Shown in pieces: positions 61,397 through 64,000 of a DNA stretch of 64,000 nucleotides. A program made the translations under genes and the position numbers. The notes under the pieces were generated by a model. It made no database searches. It was not told the origin of the DNA and saw only the letters and a program-made list of their open reading frames with translations. The first letter of the stretch is position 1; each line of letters begins with the position of its first letter. Source of the DNA: Tricharina praecox (lineage: Eukaryota); NCBI RefSeq assembly GCF_024521635.1, contig NW_026250431.1, positions 434,001 through 498,000 on the forward strand, given 5' to 3'.

Positions 61397-62294
61397 GGAA
61401 GCGTCGTCGTCATCAGGGTCCGCCGACTCGATGTCGTCGTCCTCATCGTCCTCATCGTCCTCATCGTCCGGGTCCGCCGCGTCGACCATGATGCACCACC
61501 AGGCGAACGGGGTATTCCTCAGCGGGAGCTCCCAGAACCTGCGGGCGTAGGTGCGCTGGCATTTTACGAAATCGTCGTAGAGTTCTACCGCGCCGTCTTC
61601 GTCGTCATCGTCGTCGTCGACGAGACATTGGCTCAGGATGCCGAGGTTCTTGGCGAGCACCACGTGGTGCTCCGGTTGCACCTCCTGCACCCCCCAGATG
61701 TACCGCGGGATCAGCTCCCGGTCGCCGTCCACTGTGATTTCTAGCTCCTTCTCGAACAGAAGCACTCGGTAGATCGTCACCGTGAGCAGGTATGGTGTCA
61801 AAGTGTCCATGTGCCGCCAGTTGGGCTTGTAGTGCTCTAGAAAAGGCTGGCCGTATAGCGGCCGGATCAGATTCCAGATGCTTCGGGCATACCGCGCGGT
61901 ACTGTGGCCGGTGGAGAGCGTGTTCCGGTGCATCTTCATTGTGTCGGTGGTTTCTTAGCCTGCTGTCAGAAAACCGCAGTCGGGCACGGCAGCGGTGATC
62001 GGATCCATCATTCATCACCCATGCCCGAATTCTCATGAACGTACCGTGACTTAGCTTTTCCAGTCTCAGTGCATCATCCCACACGGACCAGGTGCCGTCG
62101 AGCCCATAGAATCCAGGGAAGGTGGACAGCTTGTGGGTATGAAGGAGGCGCGGAACAAGGATGCGCTAGTTCAGTTTCCACACCTCGTGCAGATGTCGGC
62201 ACGATAGCGCAAGCTCACCAGCACTATGTATGCCAAGGCACCGGAAAAACTGCAGATGCAGCTCCACCGGCATCGACATGAAACACGCTGGCAT
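61103..62294 (-). pseudogene. F-box-like gene with acidic C-terminus and in-frame TAG at codon 43 (62166-62168); exons 62294-62045, 61953-61103
   Basis: FMSMPVELHLQFFRCLGIHSAGELALSCRHLHEVWKLN*RILVPRLL; intron gtacgt...ctgac...aag restores frame with ORF 61103-61939 (acceptor choice inferred). Confidence 0.7.
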
Positions 62295-63337
62295 CGCTGA
62301 GGTAGTTACCATCCACGGGGCTGGAGTCGTAGGGGTTGCAGGTGAGGTGGATGGGTTGCGGACTCGGAAACGGTGGTGATAGGTGGTGGGAATAAAGCGG
62401 TGGGCGAGACGGGTGATGAGTGGGTACAAAGCGGCGGACGAGCAGCCCTTAAATACCGCAGAACGATACTCCACATCGTCATCTCTTCCGTGCTTCGAAA
62501 CTCCCCATCCTCGCGCACGTCGGCGGCCTCGGGGACGTCGTCTTCGCGGCGGACTCTGCTGCGGTGCCTGCGGTGCCTGCGGTGAACAACGGAGATACTT
62601 CAGCCGATCAGCTCAGCTCAGCTCGACAACGGGAAGCTTATTGTTTCGCATTGCAATGCAATAGGTTGCTGATTCCAGCCAGAATGACGTCGAGCTCAGA
62701 CGTTTCGGGGGGGATGAACTATGTTCGTGTCGAGCGGATCCGTCATCCTGCAGAGTTCGTTGCTGTACTGGAGCGCAACTCGCAGTCAACTTCCATCCGT
62801 TTCATTACACCGCTCTACATCAATACTCGATGGACGGACAGACGGACGCGCCCCGGAACTTTACTTTTCACCCTTCATTCTGAGACACTGTTCTCTCCGG
62901 CTGGTGGGATTGGCAGGCAGTGGATTCACCGGTAAAAGATACTTTTATAGTAAATCGTGGGCGGCATACGGTCACCAATCGCTTGCACCTTGAGTTTGGT
63001 CTGATGCGTGCTCTGGGTTATTTTTGCTTTCTGAAGTCGACATGTTTCTCTCGTGCCGGTAGATGGCCAGGTCGTGCATTAGCCGGCAACAGTTACCGTT
63101 ATATAGAAGACAGTGAGCAGGAAACGGTCATCAGTCGGTTGCATCTTTGTCTTTGCGTCTGGTACTTTCTCTGGGTTATTATTGCCTGCTGAAGTCTAAA
63201 TGCTTTCGTCTACTTGAAACATTTTCTACATGTCCTCCGATCATCTACTGCAGCAGCATACTTTCGGGCTGTGGAGAAAATTTACAGCAATGGTCATAAT
63301 AGTTTTGGTTTATATCGTATTTGATTGACTACCATAG

Positions 63338-64000
<663 letters not shown>

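Overview
Eukaryotic DNA from a filamentous ascomycete, probably Pezizomycetes-like (inferred from short GT-AG introns with CTAAC/CTGAC branch points and the LINE type). Conserved genes are YPT7/Rab7, MDM10, NSE4, HOS2, initiator tRNA-Met, PDA1, ISA1 and a GPI-anchored wall protein. Between them lie lineage-specific genes, decayed duplications, a 5'-truncated Tad1-like LINE and many short repeats. The most notable signals only appear after manual splicing: (1) a Pif1-family helicase fused to an N-terminal RNase H1 hybrid-binding (Cauli_VI) domain, with SIM-like motifs and a CxxC...CxxC insertion; (2) an ~895-aa TET/JBP-like 2OG-Fe(II) dioxygenase with a long repetitive N-terminus, head-to-head with NSE4; (3) three otherwise intact genes each broken by one in-frame stop (TGA, TAA, TAG), two of them F-box genes, which are either recent C-to-T pseudogenes or stop-recoding/A-to-I editing targets; (4) a divergent homeodomain protein; (5) a hairpin-rich repeated element. 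All calls come from reading the sequence and recalled family motifs; no searches were run.
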